Assembly (NCBI GenBank): GCA_951406725.2
Contig: OX597826.1
Location: 62,868,001-62,932,000, forward strand
Source: Octopus vulgaris
Taxonomy: Eukaryota
Direction: 5' to 3'
Length of the DNA: 64,000 nucleotides
The translations under genes and the position numbers were made by a program. Under the pieces are notes generated by a model that saw nothing but the letters and a program-made list of their open reading frames with translations, was not told the DNA's origin and made no database searches. Below are positions 30,706 to 44,612 of this stretch, in pieces (position 1 is the first letter of the stretch; every line of letters starts with the position of its first letter).

Positions 30706-30946
30706 TATATATTTATTTCTTTATTGCCCACAAGGGGCTAAACATAGAGGAGGCAAACAAGCACAGACAAATGGATTAAGTCAATTACATCGACCCCAGT
30801 CCGTAACTGTATCTTATTTAATCGAACCCGAAAGGATGAAAGGCAAAGTCGACCTCGGCGGAATTTGAACTCAGAACGTAGCGGAAGACGAAATATCGCT
30901 AAGCATTTCGCCCGGCGTGCAAACGATTCTGCCAGCTCGCCGCCTT
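30706..30946 (-). mobile_element. Full-length SINE family D with 14-bp TSD
   Basis: Minus-strand head AAGGCGGCGAGCTGGCAGAATCG...GAGTTCAAATTCC and central GCCTTTCATCCTTTCGGG motif. TSD ATGTAGAGATAATA at 30692-30705 and 30947-30960. Confidence 0.9.
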
Positions 30947-31624
30947 ATGTAGAGATAATACATATATATTTTTTTTTAATGCTTACATACTTCGAAGACT
31001 CAACACAAATTAAACTACATCTAGTGATCTAGTGCTGACAAATTTTATGTGTTCGTTAAAAGAGAATCTTGGGACACAAATTCCGAGGGTGAAACGTTTT
31101 AAAAATGTAAAACTTGTGTAGAACTGAATAAGGCCAACGCCCGGGATTATACCTACATAACCCATAGAAACGAAGTTTAAGACGAAAGATATCGACTTTG
31201 TCACAGATGATCGTTGAGGGTTAAGCGTATCTGGAAACGCTACTGTTTCATGCGGCTGAATGCTGCAGATATTGTTCACTGCTAAGTAACAAGCAGGTTT
31301 ATTGAGAACTGATCTTTGTATCGATAGAGATCCACTATACAGCAACAGTCGACACGTGCACCTTCAGTAGTACAGGTAGGAGAGATATATATCAAATATA
31401 TATTACTAATCTTCTATTATAGTAGTTTATAAGTTGCCACATTATAGCTGTTAATTCTAGGAGAAGTACCAGATCTAGATCATATAGATATTAACAACCA
31501 GCTCAATAGAGTTTCATATAACATATATCTTAGCAGTACGTTCTAACTTATGTCAATAATACATCAAAGAGTAGATAAATAAGATATAAATAGCAAGTTA
31601 TCCACTAATAAGATTAGATATTAT

Positions 31625-31670
<46 letters not shown>

Positions 31671-31672
<2 letters not shown>

Positions 31673-32258
31673 CTTAAATTTTCCTCGAATGAGGCTTTTA
31701 CATGCCGAAGACTACTTGGTGTAATTGATAATTATTCCAAATTAATTAATTCCACCCTTCATTGTTACTCATAACCATATTCATCCCAGTAAATGACCAC
31801 AGCACTTTGTCTTGGCTACACGCGGGTGGGAAGGGACTGGTGACACAAGCTTTCATTCATACTTTGAATTTTGTGATACTAGCTGTGGCTTCTAGCTCGC
31901 TCTGATACTGAGTTGAGTTGGTGCCTTCTAGTATCTCAAAATTCAATATTCAATCATTCATGATTGTTTGTATCCTGCGCTGATGAAAGAAGAAGTCTGG
32001 GTAAGGTAGAGTTATCTAATTCTTACGCTTTCCTAAGACTTGATCTCGAAACGTACGTCCGTAGGTGACTTAAAACTGTATGATAGATTGCCGTTAATTC
32101 ATTCTTTCTTGCCTGTTTGTGTTTGCCTTTCAAATGCTGTGCCTTTACTGTGATCTCCCTTTTAGTAGAAGAAATAGCTATAATCTCTTTGACTGCTATT
32201 TCTAAATTCGGTGTGTGGTAAGGCAATTCGTTGCTAAACCCTTAATTGCTTAGTATTA

Positions 32259-32260
<2 letters not shown>
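31671..32260 (+). mobile_element. ~590-bp structured HHR-bearing element inserted in (TA)n (retrozyme/pLTR-like)
   Basis: (TA)n on both sides, an 18-bp stem hairpin at 31865-31945, and an HHR at 31974-32065. No ORF. Confidence 0.65.
31974..32065 (+). ncRNA. Type I hammerhead ribozyme with long helix II
   Basis: CCUGCG-CUGAUGA-[AAGA..AAGUCU...AGACUU..UCUC]-GAAA-CGUACG-UC-CGUAGG: 6-bp helix I, intact core, palindromic helix III and GUC cleavage site. The 10.1-11.1 pair is A-C. Confidence 0.8.
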
Positions 32261-32314
<54 letters not shown>

Positions 32315-32899
32315 GCATATTCTTCAGCCGCAAGCCACCATATCATAACGAACTAAAGTAATTGAATAATAGAAGAAATGCGAAAACGCTGAGAAGACAG
32401 CATATAGATAACGCAGAAAGTAAACAACGAAAAAAGAAGAGAAAAAGGAAAACAGAAAACGAAAACACAAAAACTCAAATTTAAAAAATAAAAAGTAGAT
32501 AGGTAAAAGAGCTATCCTCCTTAGCCCTTAAATGATGAGGCTGGAAAGATATCAAGTCTGTCATGAATAGGCGCGATTTTCAAATTCTTCAAAATATATT
32601 TATACGTTTGCATGCAACTACTGAAAATGTCAGACCTGGAGTTTAATAGAGAGTTAGGGATCTTAGATCTGAACAGTATCTGCGCTCTTTAAGCTGAACA
32701 AAGTCTACATTTATTCGATCCATTCACATAAGGTATGGATTCCTTAATTACTTTCCATTTAATCACATGCGGTGCTTCGTTATCTTTCGAAGTCCATAAG
32801 TAGCTAGCCAACTTAGTAGCTTTACTTTTGTCCCTATGTCGGAAGGAGGCTAAGAGATTGGTATAGCGATTTTTTTTAAATCCCCCTTCACATAATCCA

Positions 32900-33843
32900 A
32901 TATAGGTCAGCTCGAAAATGGCTTAAACGATTTCGCAGTGGAGACGTAAGCCTTGAAGATCTTGAGTGTAGTGGACACTCATGTGTCATCGATGACGGTC
33001 AGTTAAAGAGCGTCATAGAGAAAGATTCACGTAAAACTACTCGAGAACTGGCAAAAGAACATCGGGTTGGAACCATTTGTATGTGATCGGAAAATCAAAA
33101 GAGCTTGACAAATGGATACCACACGATTTGAATGAAAATCAGAAAATGCGAAGATATGGAATTTGCTCGTCGCTTCTTCTCTCTTAACCAGATTGATCCG
33201 TTTCTTAACTATATTGTAACTTGCGATGAAAGGTGGATTCTGTACAATAATAATAAAAAAACGTTCTTTGCAGTCGTTGAATCAAGACGAAGTACCGAAA
33301 GCCTTCCCTAAACCGAGCTCTTCAAATAGAAGATTATGGTGATTCTGCTGGTATGATGCTGGACATTAAAACCCGGAAAAGCCATTACTGCAGAAAGATA
33401 TTACCATGAAATTACCAAAATGAACGAAAAACTGCTACTTCCTCCCAGACTGGTCAACAGATGAGGGCCAATCATTCTTCATGAAAATACTCGACAACAC
33501 GTTTCATTCATGACGCTCCAGAAGTTGAGGCAGCGAAATTCTTCCCCACCCAGCTTATTCTCCAGGTCTTTCTCCAACCGACTATTACTATTCCAAGCAC
33601 CTTGATGGTTTCCTGTGAGAAAAGTTCAAAAATTAAACTGATGCTGAAAGTGCGTTGAAAGAGTTCATCAGTTTCCTGAACTCCAAATTTTTATGTTTCC
33701 GGAATAAACAAACTTGTAACTCATTGGCAAATATGTGTTAATTGCAATGGTACTTACAATGATGAATAAAATTTCCGCATTGTTAAAATGTATAGTGATG
33801 AATTTCATGTTTCAAACGTTACTTACTTTTTACTCAGCATATA
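32900..33843 (+). pseudogene. Mariner transposase pseudogene with 3' TIR remnant
   Basis: WLKRFRSGDVSLED, KTTRELAKE, LDKWIPHDL, IVTCDERWILYNN, LHENTRQH and LPHPAYSPGLSPTDY match mariner WVPHEL / D,D34D / YSPDL motifs. Many frameshifts; ends in TTACTTTTTACTCAGCATA-TA. Confidence 0.9.
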
Positions 33844-34521
33844 TACGACGGGCTTCCATACAGGATAACACACAATGGTAAGACTGAACTAGAAAGCAAG
33901 TCCTTGCAATCCATCGTCTTTACTACACAGTAGTTAAGATGTCAGCATATATTTACTTTGATGTTCGATCCATGATATATATTTGTTTATTTTTCCTAAC
34001 GTCCCCAGAACTTCTCAGTGTTATCTTCTGGAAAAAGTGGATGTTAGCAGCTTTTCGTTTTGTTGTTGTATTTATGCAGAAGACTACACGAACCGTGTTG
34101 ATTAACAGGATTTCATTAACAGATCATATTGCATATAAATTTCTGCAAGACATTTAAAAGATTACACATCCAAAGTTTATTAATAATATACAAACTCAAA
34201 ACAATCAGAATGATGCAAAACTTTAGTGGAAGACTTAAGATAATTTTGAATTAATTGCTAAATATTTAAAAATCTCGCACTATAAACACGTCAGTAAATG
34301 TCTCATTCCAGAGGTGGAAAGACACAAGAGGCGCCAGAGAAAATTATTTCATTCAAGTGAGTCATAAAGTAAATGAATAGATTTAGAAATTTTATTGTCG
34401 AAATAAACATAAATAGATAATAAGGACATACGAAAATACCTTATTCATGAACTTCAAAACACAGTTCAGATTTTGTCTCTGTATGCATGTATATACTTAC
34501 ACACACACACATATATGTATA

Positions 34522-34667
<146 letters not shown>

Positions 34668-34817
34668 ATATATGTATATATACATATATATGTTTCTTTC
34701 TATGTATGCATATATACATTTATATATACGAATATATGTATATATATATATATATAGAGAGAGAGAGAAAGAGAGAGAGAGAGATTGATTATATATACAT
34801 ATATATCATATATATAA

Positions 34818-34848
<31 letters not shown>

Positions 34849-35135
34849 CATAAGTGAGTGTGTGTGTCTATATATTCATGTGTGTTCGTTTGTATTTGTC
34901 ACACCCACCATCACTTAACCGATGGCGGGTGTTATGTTATGGAGACACCAGCATCGGTTGTCAATCGATATTGGGGGATAATCATACACACACTCACACA
35001 CACGCACATATGTATATGTATACGACAGGCTTCTGTCAGTTTCCATCGACGAAATCCATTCACAATATTTTGGTCGACCCGAAGCAATAGTAGAACCATT
35101 TGTTTGATAAGCAAGATACCACACAGCTACTCCTG

Positions 35136-35205
<70 letters not shown>

Positions 35206-36203
35206 AATAAAGTCTCCAGCTCATCAGTGACATCGAACTCAACACAGATTTCGTCACTAGGGCTCATCACAGATTTCGCATAAGACACATGCCTGTTCGA
35301 AGAATTTCACATTTTTCCGCAATATTTCTAGCCACAATTAGCTTATTTTCTATATCTAGCACTATGTCTTTCTCCATTTCTAAGTTATGGGCAAGAATAA
35401 AGCATCCCTACAAAACACAATCTGATCTTTGCAAACAGACGCACAGAACAACAGCAATCAAATACCGACAGCGATGTGCACAACAGACGTCAGAGATCTG
35501 ACTCTCACCTGTAGTTTTGATAGGAGATGCCAGTTAGTGTTTTGACACCTACCAGGCCCATTCGTATTAGCCCGAGTTGCCGGGTAAGTTTTCGTTCCTC
35601 TAAGTATATTGTAGAACGAAAACCCTAATCTCTACAGAAATTTATTGTTTCAAGAAAACATTGAATTTGAATGACTTTTAATTTTTATGATTATACATAA
35701 CTCAGGTTGTAACTTCTGAACACTTGTCAGGCGCGGGTGAACGATATCGAGAGAACCTCTGTTACGAAAGATATTTTTTGACAGAGGGCACCTCTAAGAT
35801 GACGGACAGATGCTGAACGAAAATAAATGAACTGCGACCGGGCTCAATAAAAGGAGCCCGGGTTGTTAGCTACAATCATATACTTGAAGTCAATGTCTGG
35901 CGATTAGGTACATCTCGGTTCGCTTCGGGTAGGCGATGTCAATAAACCACAAAAATGACGAAATATCCGTATTTTATCCATCACACTTGAATAGGATTGG
36001 AGGAATATTGACTTTCTGCCAATGGCTTTCAGGTGTTTTAAGAGCAATGCTATGAGTGAGTCGTCCTCGAGTTGCTATACCATACCGAACCGGAAAATAA
36101 ACAAATCACATACACGAACACATACATACAAATATACACGTGTGTGTGTGTGTATTTAAGCATGTACATATACTAGATAGCTAGCTAGCTAGATAGATTG
36201 ATT

Positions 36204-36271
<68 letters not shown>

Positions 36272-36272
36272 T

Positions 36273-36312
<40 letters not shown>

Positions 36313-36604
36313 GTAGGTAGGTAGGTAGGTAGGTACGTAAGTAGGTAGGTAAGTAAGTTGGTAGGTAAGTAGGTAGATAGGTAGATAGGTAGGTAGGTAG
36401 GTAGGTAGGTAGATACATACATACATAATATACATATATACATACATATATTGATAGACAGGTAAATAAGAATATTAATATGTGATGGCATATATGTATA
36501 TATATATATATATAATAAATTAAAAAAGGAAAATACGCACACTTACATGGTTATAATATAACTTTTAATGTATCGACCGGTTTCGTAATCACTATTCATG
36601 ATAT

Positions 36605-36660
<56 letters not shown>

Positions 36661-36665
36661 GCATG

Positions 36666-36709
<44 letters not shown>

Positions 36710-36711
36710 TG

Positions 36712-36755
<44 letters not shown>

Positions 36756-36759
36756 CATA

Positions 36760-36798
<39 letters not shown>

Positions 36799-37559
36799 TA
36801 TATGTGTGCACGCGTGTATGTGTGAATGTGGATGTGTTTGTGTGAATGACAGACCGAGAGAGGGGGGATAGAGAAGGTGAGAGAGAGGTAGCCGCAATAA
36901 AGTTTTCTATGTTGCTGCTCCAACCTAATAGAAGTAGCAGCCAGATTTCTTTCATAATACATTCTACTCTCTTGCACAAATATGCGGAAACGAAATAGCT
37001 GGAATAGCTTTGACCCTATAAACAGGGTCATAATGGTGAGAGGGGGGGGGGCTAAACAGCTTCACTGAAAAAAAAGTTTAGCTCGTGCCAATGTAATTGT
37101 GAGAATTTTATTCATGCGTTTCATTTAGAATTCCGACTATAGGATGTGTCAAAGACAAAATATTCCGATTTTTCACGGAGTTTATTAAAACACTGCAGCT
37201 AGGTTGGTGACAGAGCTATTGTTTACCCTACGTTTGAATTTCATTAAGAGAAGGCGGAGATAGAAAGGAAGACGAGGGAGGAGAAGTGGGGTAGGAGAGG
37301 AGGAGAAAAGTGAGAAGCCTGATGGCTTCTACAAATTCAGAGTCTCGAATATGGACATTGACGCCGTTAAATATTTTTGGATAAACTCGTTGGCGCGGTT
37401 CTTCATGAATAAATTTCATATACACGCTTAACGTGCATGTACATACATACATGCACATACACATATACACGCACAAATGTGCACTCACGCACACACTCAT
37501 AAAAAATATTTACACACACGCACACACACACACATATATATACATGCATCTCTCTCTCA

Positions 37560-37656
<97 letters not shown>

Positions 37657-37657
37657 A

Positions 37658-37700
<43 letters not shown>

Positions 37701-37730
37701 TGTATTTATATATATATATATATGCGCATA

Positions 37731-38606
37731 TACGCGGTTTGATCAATCACTATCAGGACAGTGGCCATAGTAACGAAGCCAAAGCACGCAGAGTGAAGCC
37801 GTCAAGCACAGATTGACCTTGCACTCTGCTGTGCAGGCGCACAAAGTTTTATCATTATAGAACACTTCCGCTGTCTATAGCAATCCTTGGAAAGATGGTG
37901 AGTAGCGTATGATCGTCGACATTGAAAATTGAGCAGAGAATCTGCATCAAATTTTGCTAAAAGCTGGGCGATACCTACTCAGAGGCCAATGCAATGTTTT
38001 CAAAAAGCCTTCATCGTTCTCGATATAATCAAGGAGATGTCGTACAACTGATATCCGAATGTCTCTTTGATCAGCTGAAAGCATTTTCGGCACAAACTTG
38101 GCATACACGCATCTCATACCAAAATCTTCAGTGATAATGGATTGAAATGAACCGTAACTAATCTGCCCATCCTCTGATAACTCACGGGTAATGATTCGAA
38201 GAATTCCCGTCACAGATGCACACACATATACGATATTTTTTCTCTGTTCTGCTGGTTGCGGATCTCCCAGAATGTTCCTCAGCTTCAGCCAATTTGGAAA
38301 CTCTGAACCACTCATACACTTGAGTGTGGTTCATACATTCCTCTCCAGACACTTTCTACAACTTTGCCTGGGCCTCTGAGCAGGTATCGCCATGACAACT
38401 TTCTCTGTCATGGTCAATGTGACGATCACACGCTACACACCTTTCTTCTAGGCATTTCTGTAAACAGTAGAAGTGAGCTAGACCGTTAAAACTTACTGTG
38501 CATGGACAGCAGTGTTCATGGTCTATCTTTGCCAAGCGGCTTAATCTGCGTGGTTTAGCTTTGTTACTATGGCAACATGCTGGATACTTATTGATCGAAC
38601 CTAGTA
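37731..38606. mobile_element. Mariner-derived foldback element made of two inverted 5' ends
   Basis: TA-flanked, with about 200 bp of imperfect inverted ends. The plus strand gives EQRICIKFC*KLGDTYSEA; the minus strand gives GDTCSEA...QVYEWF and ITRELSEDGQISYGSFQSIITEDFGMRCVYAKFVPKML (mariner HTH and WVPHEL-equivalent). Confidence 0.8.
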
Positions 38607-38726
38607 TAAAGTGATATACAGATATAAATATGGCACGTGTATATACACGCATATATATTTATTTCATGTTACACACACACACACACAAATATATATGTAT
38701 ATATTTATATATATTTTTTTTATTAG

Positions 38727-39107
38727 ACTAGTTTCAGCTCACGAGCTGTGTCCATGCTGGGGCACCGCCATTTGGTGTTGCTACATGATTTTACTTCACA
38801 AATGCTTTTTAGCAATTGCCATTTGGTGTATGAGAGAGTTCGATGCAGCTGCCCTCATCTGCACCTCCTGCCGTGAAGTTGGTTCGTCTGGGACACCTGA
38901 CAAGAAAAGATCCAGTTTTATTTTAAAGACATCTGCATCCACCCCATGCAGGTCTCTCAGGTTCTTCGGGAGGATATTGAAGAGCTGTGGGCCTCTGGAG
39001 CCCAGGCTATCACAGTATCTTGTCCTACATCTTGATGGCAAATTTGGAGACCTTGGCACTATGCAGTGGAGCCCAGTTCTGGCATTTGTGTAACTCTCGA
39101 TGCCATA
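38727..39107 (-). mobile_element. 3' end of a CR1/L2-group LINE
   Basis: ORF 38796-39155 contains SLGSRGPQLFNILPKNLRDL...FKIKLDLFL..VPDEP, typical of the CR1/L2/Jockey-group ORF2 C-terminus. A short 3' UTR and A-rich tail follow. Confidence 0.75.
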
Positions 39108-39449
39108 TGTGTGTGTACGTACATATATATTATTTTCATAGTGAACACCGTGCAAATGACTAAGGAAAATAGTCTAATAATGGGGCATATAAGCCCACGA
39201 CAGAAAAAAGTTGGCCTTCCGGAAAGCCAACTTTTTCTGTCGTTGGCTTATATGCCCCATGTGTGCATGTTATATAACATGCATACATACATACATACAT
39301 ATATATATGTGTAAGCAATTTAAGTATTGATATGTTCCAAGTAGTATGCCGATGAAGCAAGTTCACTTCCTATGGCTACCAGACGTCATTCATGGTATTT
39401 ACACAATCGTTGTTGGATCTACCTCAGAAATTCCTCACTGTACGTTGTG

Positions 39450-40035
39450 TATATAACAAATGATAGACGGAAAATGGAATATACGAGAAACGTTATTGCT
39501 CACAACGATCGTTTCGACCCATCCTGCTTCGATCTCTCGCTAGTGGGAAAACAGGTATAACTGGTTGTGGTCCATCACTCGATGCAGAGATGTCTCGTCA
39601 AGTGATGTTTTAAGGGGTATCTCGTTAAATAAACCCAGTTTCTCTCCGTTTTAATACGGCGTATTGTTTGCGACCGTAGGTTTAAGAAGAATAAGAACAA
39701 TAAAGAAAAACTTTATATGTGTCAGTACACATTTAGATTTACTTGTGTACAGACACTTGTTGTTCTACCTAGACACGAACTCTCTCATATGCGCACTTAA
39801 GTAGATGTCATTAACCTCCTTGATAAGCATCCAGTCATTCTTGTTTCCAGCTGTGAGTCCAAGTAGAGCCGGTTCAGCCTGACTGGGTCAGCCGCTTTCA
39901 TTGGTCTTATATCTTTTAGTGGTGCACCACAACCAGCTGTAACAGGATCCCGCCCGCGAGGGATCGATGCCGAATGGGTCGAAACGATCGTTGTGAACAA
40001 TAAAGTTTGCATTTTCCGTCACCATCATTTGTTAT
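39450..40035. mobile_element. Element with ~130-bp diverged inverted termini containing an HHR-like 3' half
   Basis: 39450-39580 is an imperfect reverse complement of 39918-40035. Both contain GGTC-GAAA-CGATCG-TT and end in TA runs. The CUGAUGA core is degenerate. Confidence 0.5.
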
Positions 40036-42266
40036 ATATATATATATATATATATACGTCTACTATCTGTCTGTATAGCAATCTATCTATCACACACAAG
40101 CACGCACGCACACGCACATACACACAAATACACCCACACAAGCATATATATAGGCGTGTGTGTGTGTGTGTATGTATGCATGTATGTATGTATGTATGTA
40201 TGTATGTATGTATGTATGTATGTATGTATGTATGTATGTATGTATGCATGTATGTATGTATGTATCTGTATGAACTGCAGCTCATTCAGCAACCCTAGTT
40301 CATTGACCTATCAAGTAAATTTGAACTTCTGTTTAAAACGAATTCTATAATTTCAATTCCATTCTCACTAATGAATATACGCCTCAATAAATACTGTCTT
40401 GTTATGCTTAAACTACCTTATATACAAATGTGTGTGAGTATATATGTGCACTTATACGTTTGCATCTAATTGTGTGTGTGTATATGTTTGTGTGTGACTG
40501 CGTAACTGTGTATCCGTACACGTTTCTGTATGAATACTCCTGTGTGTTCACATATTTCCATGACACGCCACACCCCTTAACCGTTTCGAAACCTCGTTTG
40601 ACAACTTGGAATGACAAATAACGTATTTATATATTCGGAAGCACGTACTATGGCCTGAGAGACTCTATTAGGATTTGTAGCATCTGAAGAAACTTTGATT
40701 CTTAATATCCTTACGCTTGATATATAAGGTCTAAAGTTTTGTGATGTCAAATACAGGTTCACTGCCTTTAGAGTGTTAAAATTTTAGATCTGGTTATGTC
40801 TAACTATAACTATTTATTAGAAATTTGATGTTTCTGGTAAATATTTTAATATTTTATATCAGATCCACTAAACCTTCTAGAAGAACCAGTAAAATATGTT
40901 TTGCCTTACACAAGAAGTGCAGAGTAGACTATGTAGTTTGGGATGTGACTGGGCAATCTATCGGTTATGACGATGAATGATCCACTCGATACAATCAATG
41001 AAATAACCGTGCAAGTGGCTGAACACTCCAAAGGTACACTTACTCTTAACGAAGGTCGCAGGAGAATAAGCGCGATACAGAATATGACAAGGCTCGCCAT
41101 TTGAAATATATGTAAAACGCAATTTTGCCAGATGAGTTGATTGGAGCAACGTCATGTAAATTTTTCGGTCAAGAACACAGCGCGCATTAGAAATCGAAGT
41201 AACCACCTTAAGTTTGTGAATCAAATGCACTGAACTTCACAAGACGTATAATGTTTTTAATCATAAGATTACTCAATTAGATCCAACTTGGTGCTAAACA
41301 ATAATACTTTCAAATTTTGACACAAGACAAGCAATATTCAGTTATGACGAAAATCGATAACTTCGACCCAGGTACTCATCTGCTACTTATTTTATCAACA
41401 CAGAATTAATGTCATTCTCGGGGGAAACTGAATCCAGAACGGAAAGAGTCTGAAGAAATGCCGCTCTGTATTCTGTCTAACGCAGTAACGAATCTGCAAG
41501 CTCGCTACCTTTACAGCTGAACAATAATTCTTTAAACGTTTTGGTAAAGAACCAGCCATTTGATGGGAGGGGTGAGTCGATTTTATCGACCCCAGTGCTC
41601 AACCGGTACGTATGTTATCAACATCGAAAGAATAAAAGACAATTTTTATCACGGTGGAATTTGAGCTCAGTACACAAAGGTCCGGAAGAAATTCCTCTGA
41701 GCATTTTCTGCGACGCGCTAATGACTCTTCTCCTCGCTACCATTGATGCTGAGCACTTTTACCGGCCTGGGTGTCCATGTTAGTGTCCCACAAGATTGTT
41801 ACAAACTTTGTTTTCATTGTTGTTGTTCTTGCTCTTCTTGTTTTTGTTTTTCTCGTATGTGTATGTGTGTCTTTCCTAATACACTCGTGATTATGTGTTA
41901 AGAAGTTCGTTTTGCAATAACGTGTTTTCAGTTTCAGCATTGCTGCGTGGTACATTGGGAAAACATCTTCAGCCATAGCCCCGAGCCGAGGCTCGCCAGT
42001 ACCTTGCAAGTGAATTTCGTAGAAAGAAACAGTGTATCTCAATAGTATATATATATATATATATACGTATACATATATATATACACACACACACATATAT
42101 ATATATCAATGTGTCGTGGACACCGCCAGATTGAATGGTACTACCCAGGTATCGAAACTATAATGATATCCATGGGACAGCTGATGATGGAGGTATGTTG
42201 GATTATTGGTATGGCTGTGGAATAATATTATAACACATCCTTTTCACACACACACACACACACACT

Positions 42267-42333
<67 letters not shown>

Positions 42334-42352
42334 CCATGCATGTATGTATGTA

Positions 42353-42415
<63 letters not shown>

Positions 42416-43930
42416 ATACCTCAGTGTGTATGTCTTTCTTTTTATGTTTGCGTTTGTCTATCCCGCACCCTACCATCTGATAATCGGTTTTGGATCGTTT
42501 ACCTCCCCATAAGCTAGCAGTTCGACCAAAGAAGTCGGTACAATAAGTAACAAAATTAGAAATAAACATAAGCACTACGGTTGATCTTTTCGGCTAAAAC
42601 CTTTTAAGGCGATTCCCCTGCATGACGGCGACAATTTTATGACTGTAAATGATTCAATTATGTAACATTACATTCCTTATCTCCAAAACGACAAGACAGA
42701 AGGACTACAGCTGGGATTAAACAATAATGAAAACGCTAACATTATTTGAACGTTTTAGGCAGCAACCGGCCAGTTTGAACTCAGAATGAAGAACGATGAT
42801 ATCTTCTTTTTAAGACACACTGTTCGACTTCCTTCCTGTATTTTCTTTAACTAAATTGACCCGTGTATGATACAAATATATTTAAACGTTAACTTTTATT
42901 TCCTCAATAAATACACAAATAATGACGCGTTTGACCAATGAAAAGTTGTCGGTCTTCAAACCCAGATTATTATAATGCAATGATTTTAAACGATTTTTCC
43001 ATTAACGTTATGAGTGGCAAATTTCATAACACTCGACATTTATGTGACGAAGAGAGATATACTGCATTGCATTCAAGTTATCATGAGACAACTACACTGG
43101 TAATACCGAAAATGAATTAATACCAACAACAACAAATACAATAATGGCTTCTTACATTAATATGCGGCCTCTTAACCCCTATACTTAAAAGCAAGTTATA
43201 TGTAAGAGGGATTTATATTAGAATAAATCAAATTCATTATATTGCTGCTATTTATTTTATTGATTTTTACATTGTAGGATGTTGTGCTCAGTCATAAAAT
43301 TATGCAACATATATATCATTCAATATGGTAACCGAGCTTCGAGAGAGAACTGGGGGTGTTAGGATTGGCTTAACTTTAAATTCATGACAATAATAAAATA
43401 GCTGAAATCTTTCATCCAGGGCCATATTTAAACTGCAACCCGGTTTACCCATTTAAATTTCGTACAGCAAATACAGAATACATATTTTTCATACACCAGG
43501 CTATGAAAATAGCGTTTAATGTATCACTTGTATGAAGACTATGAAATATCCGTAATAGCAACTGAAACAAGTACACGAGAAACTCTTATGCTTTAAGAGA
43601 TTTGAATAGACGTATATAGGTTTTCGTAGGTTTTCACAAGCACAGTTCTGAAATATGTTCTACAAACAAGTATTGAAATCAAATCACACCAGTCCAGTAC
43701 AGATACTTGTATGCGGCCGCCATCGTTGAGAGAAGTAATAATTATGTCCGACGAAATCCGCACTATCGTTTAACAAAATTGAAAATCACACTGGGTAACC
43801 CATTGTTATATAAACTACGTTTGTTTTAAATATAACAAAAAAATAAGTAGTCACAATTCAAAAGCTGTTAATCATAGGTTTGCTTGATCAAATTTATCCT
43901 GGAGCTGAACATTTAAATCTTGACTCAGCC

Positions 43931-44612
43931 AACGTGAGACCCTAGAATACGGTAGATGGGTAATTAGAAATAGCAAGTAAATCTGTCTGAGATTAAATCT
44001 TATCACAGTAACATGACACGAGAAAGGACGCATCCCGCTTATAACGTGAGACCCTAATATATCCGTACATAAGTATGTTAGAAATAGCAACTAAATCTGT
44101 CTAAGAGTTAATCTTCTCATTGTAACATGACATGAGAATGGACACATGACGCACATAACGGTAGACCCTACTATACCGTAGATGGAAATGCTAGAAATAG
44201 CAACTAAATCTGTTTGAGATTAAATCTTATCACAGTAACATGACACGAGAAAGGACGCATCCCGCTTTTAACGTGTGACCCTAATATATCCGTACATAGG
44301 TATGTTAGAAATAGCAACTAAATCTGTCTAAGAGTTAATCTTCTCACTGTATCATGACATGAGAAAGGACACATGACGCACATAACGGTAGACCCTACTA
44401 TACCGTAGATGGAAATGCTAGAAATAGCAACTAAATCTGTTTGAGATGTAATCTTATCATAGTAACATGACGTGAGAGAGGACCCATGGCACTTATAGCG
44501 TGAGACCCTATTATACTGTAGATGTGTATGTTAGAAATAGCAACTAAATATGTTTAAGATTAAATCTTAACACAGTAACTTGAGATGAGAAAAGATGCAT
44601 GCCGCTTATAAT
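43931..44612. repeat. Minisatellite, six 113-114 bp units with A/B alternation
   Basis: TAGAAATAGCAA anchors at 43965, 44079, 44192, 44306, 44419 and 44532. Alternating units are more alike, giving a 227-bp dimer. Confidence 0.9.

Noticed and set aside
31010-31375. 111-aa minus-strand ORF or possible decayed integrase fragment
   Set aside because: No recognisable domain or splice structure, and the other frames have many stops.
35205-35280. HHR-like words (GUGAUGAG..GACGAAA, CUGAUGAG) on the minus strand
   Set aside because: I could not assemble consistent helices I-III.
43931-44612. CRISPR-like periodicity; TAGAAATAGCAA resembles the Cas9 sgRNA scaffold
   Set aside because: The intervening sequences are homologous rather than unique spacers, there are no cas genes, the context is eukaryotic, and the match is only about 12-14 nt.
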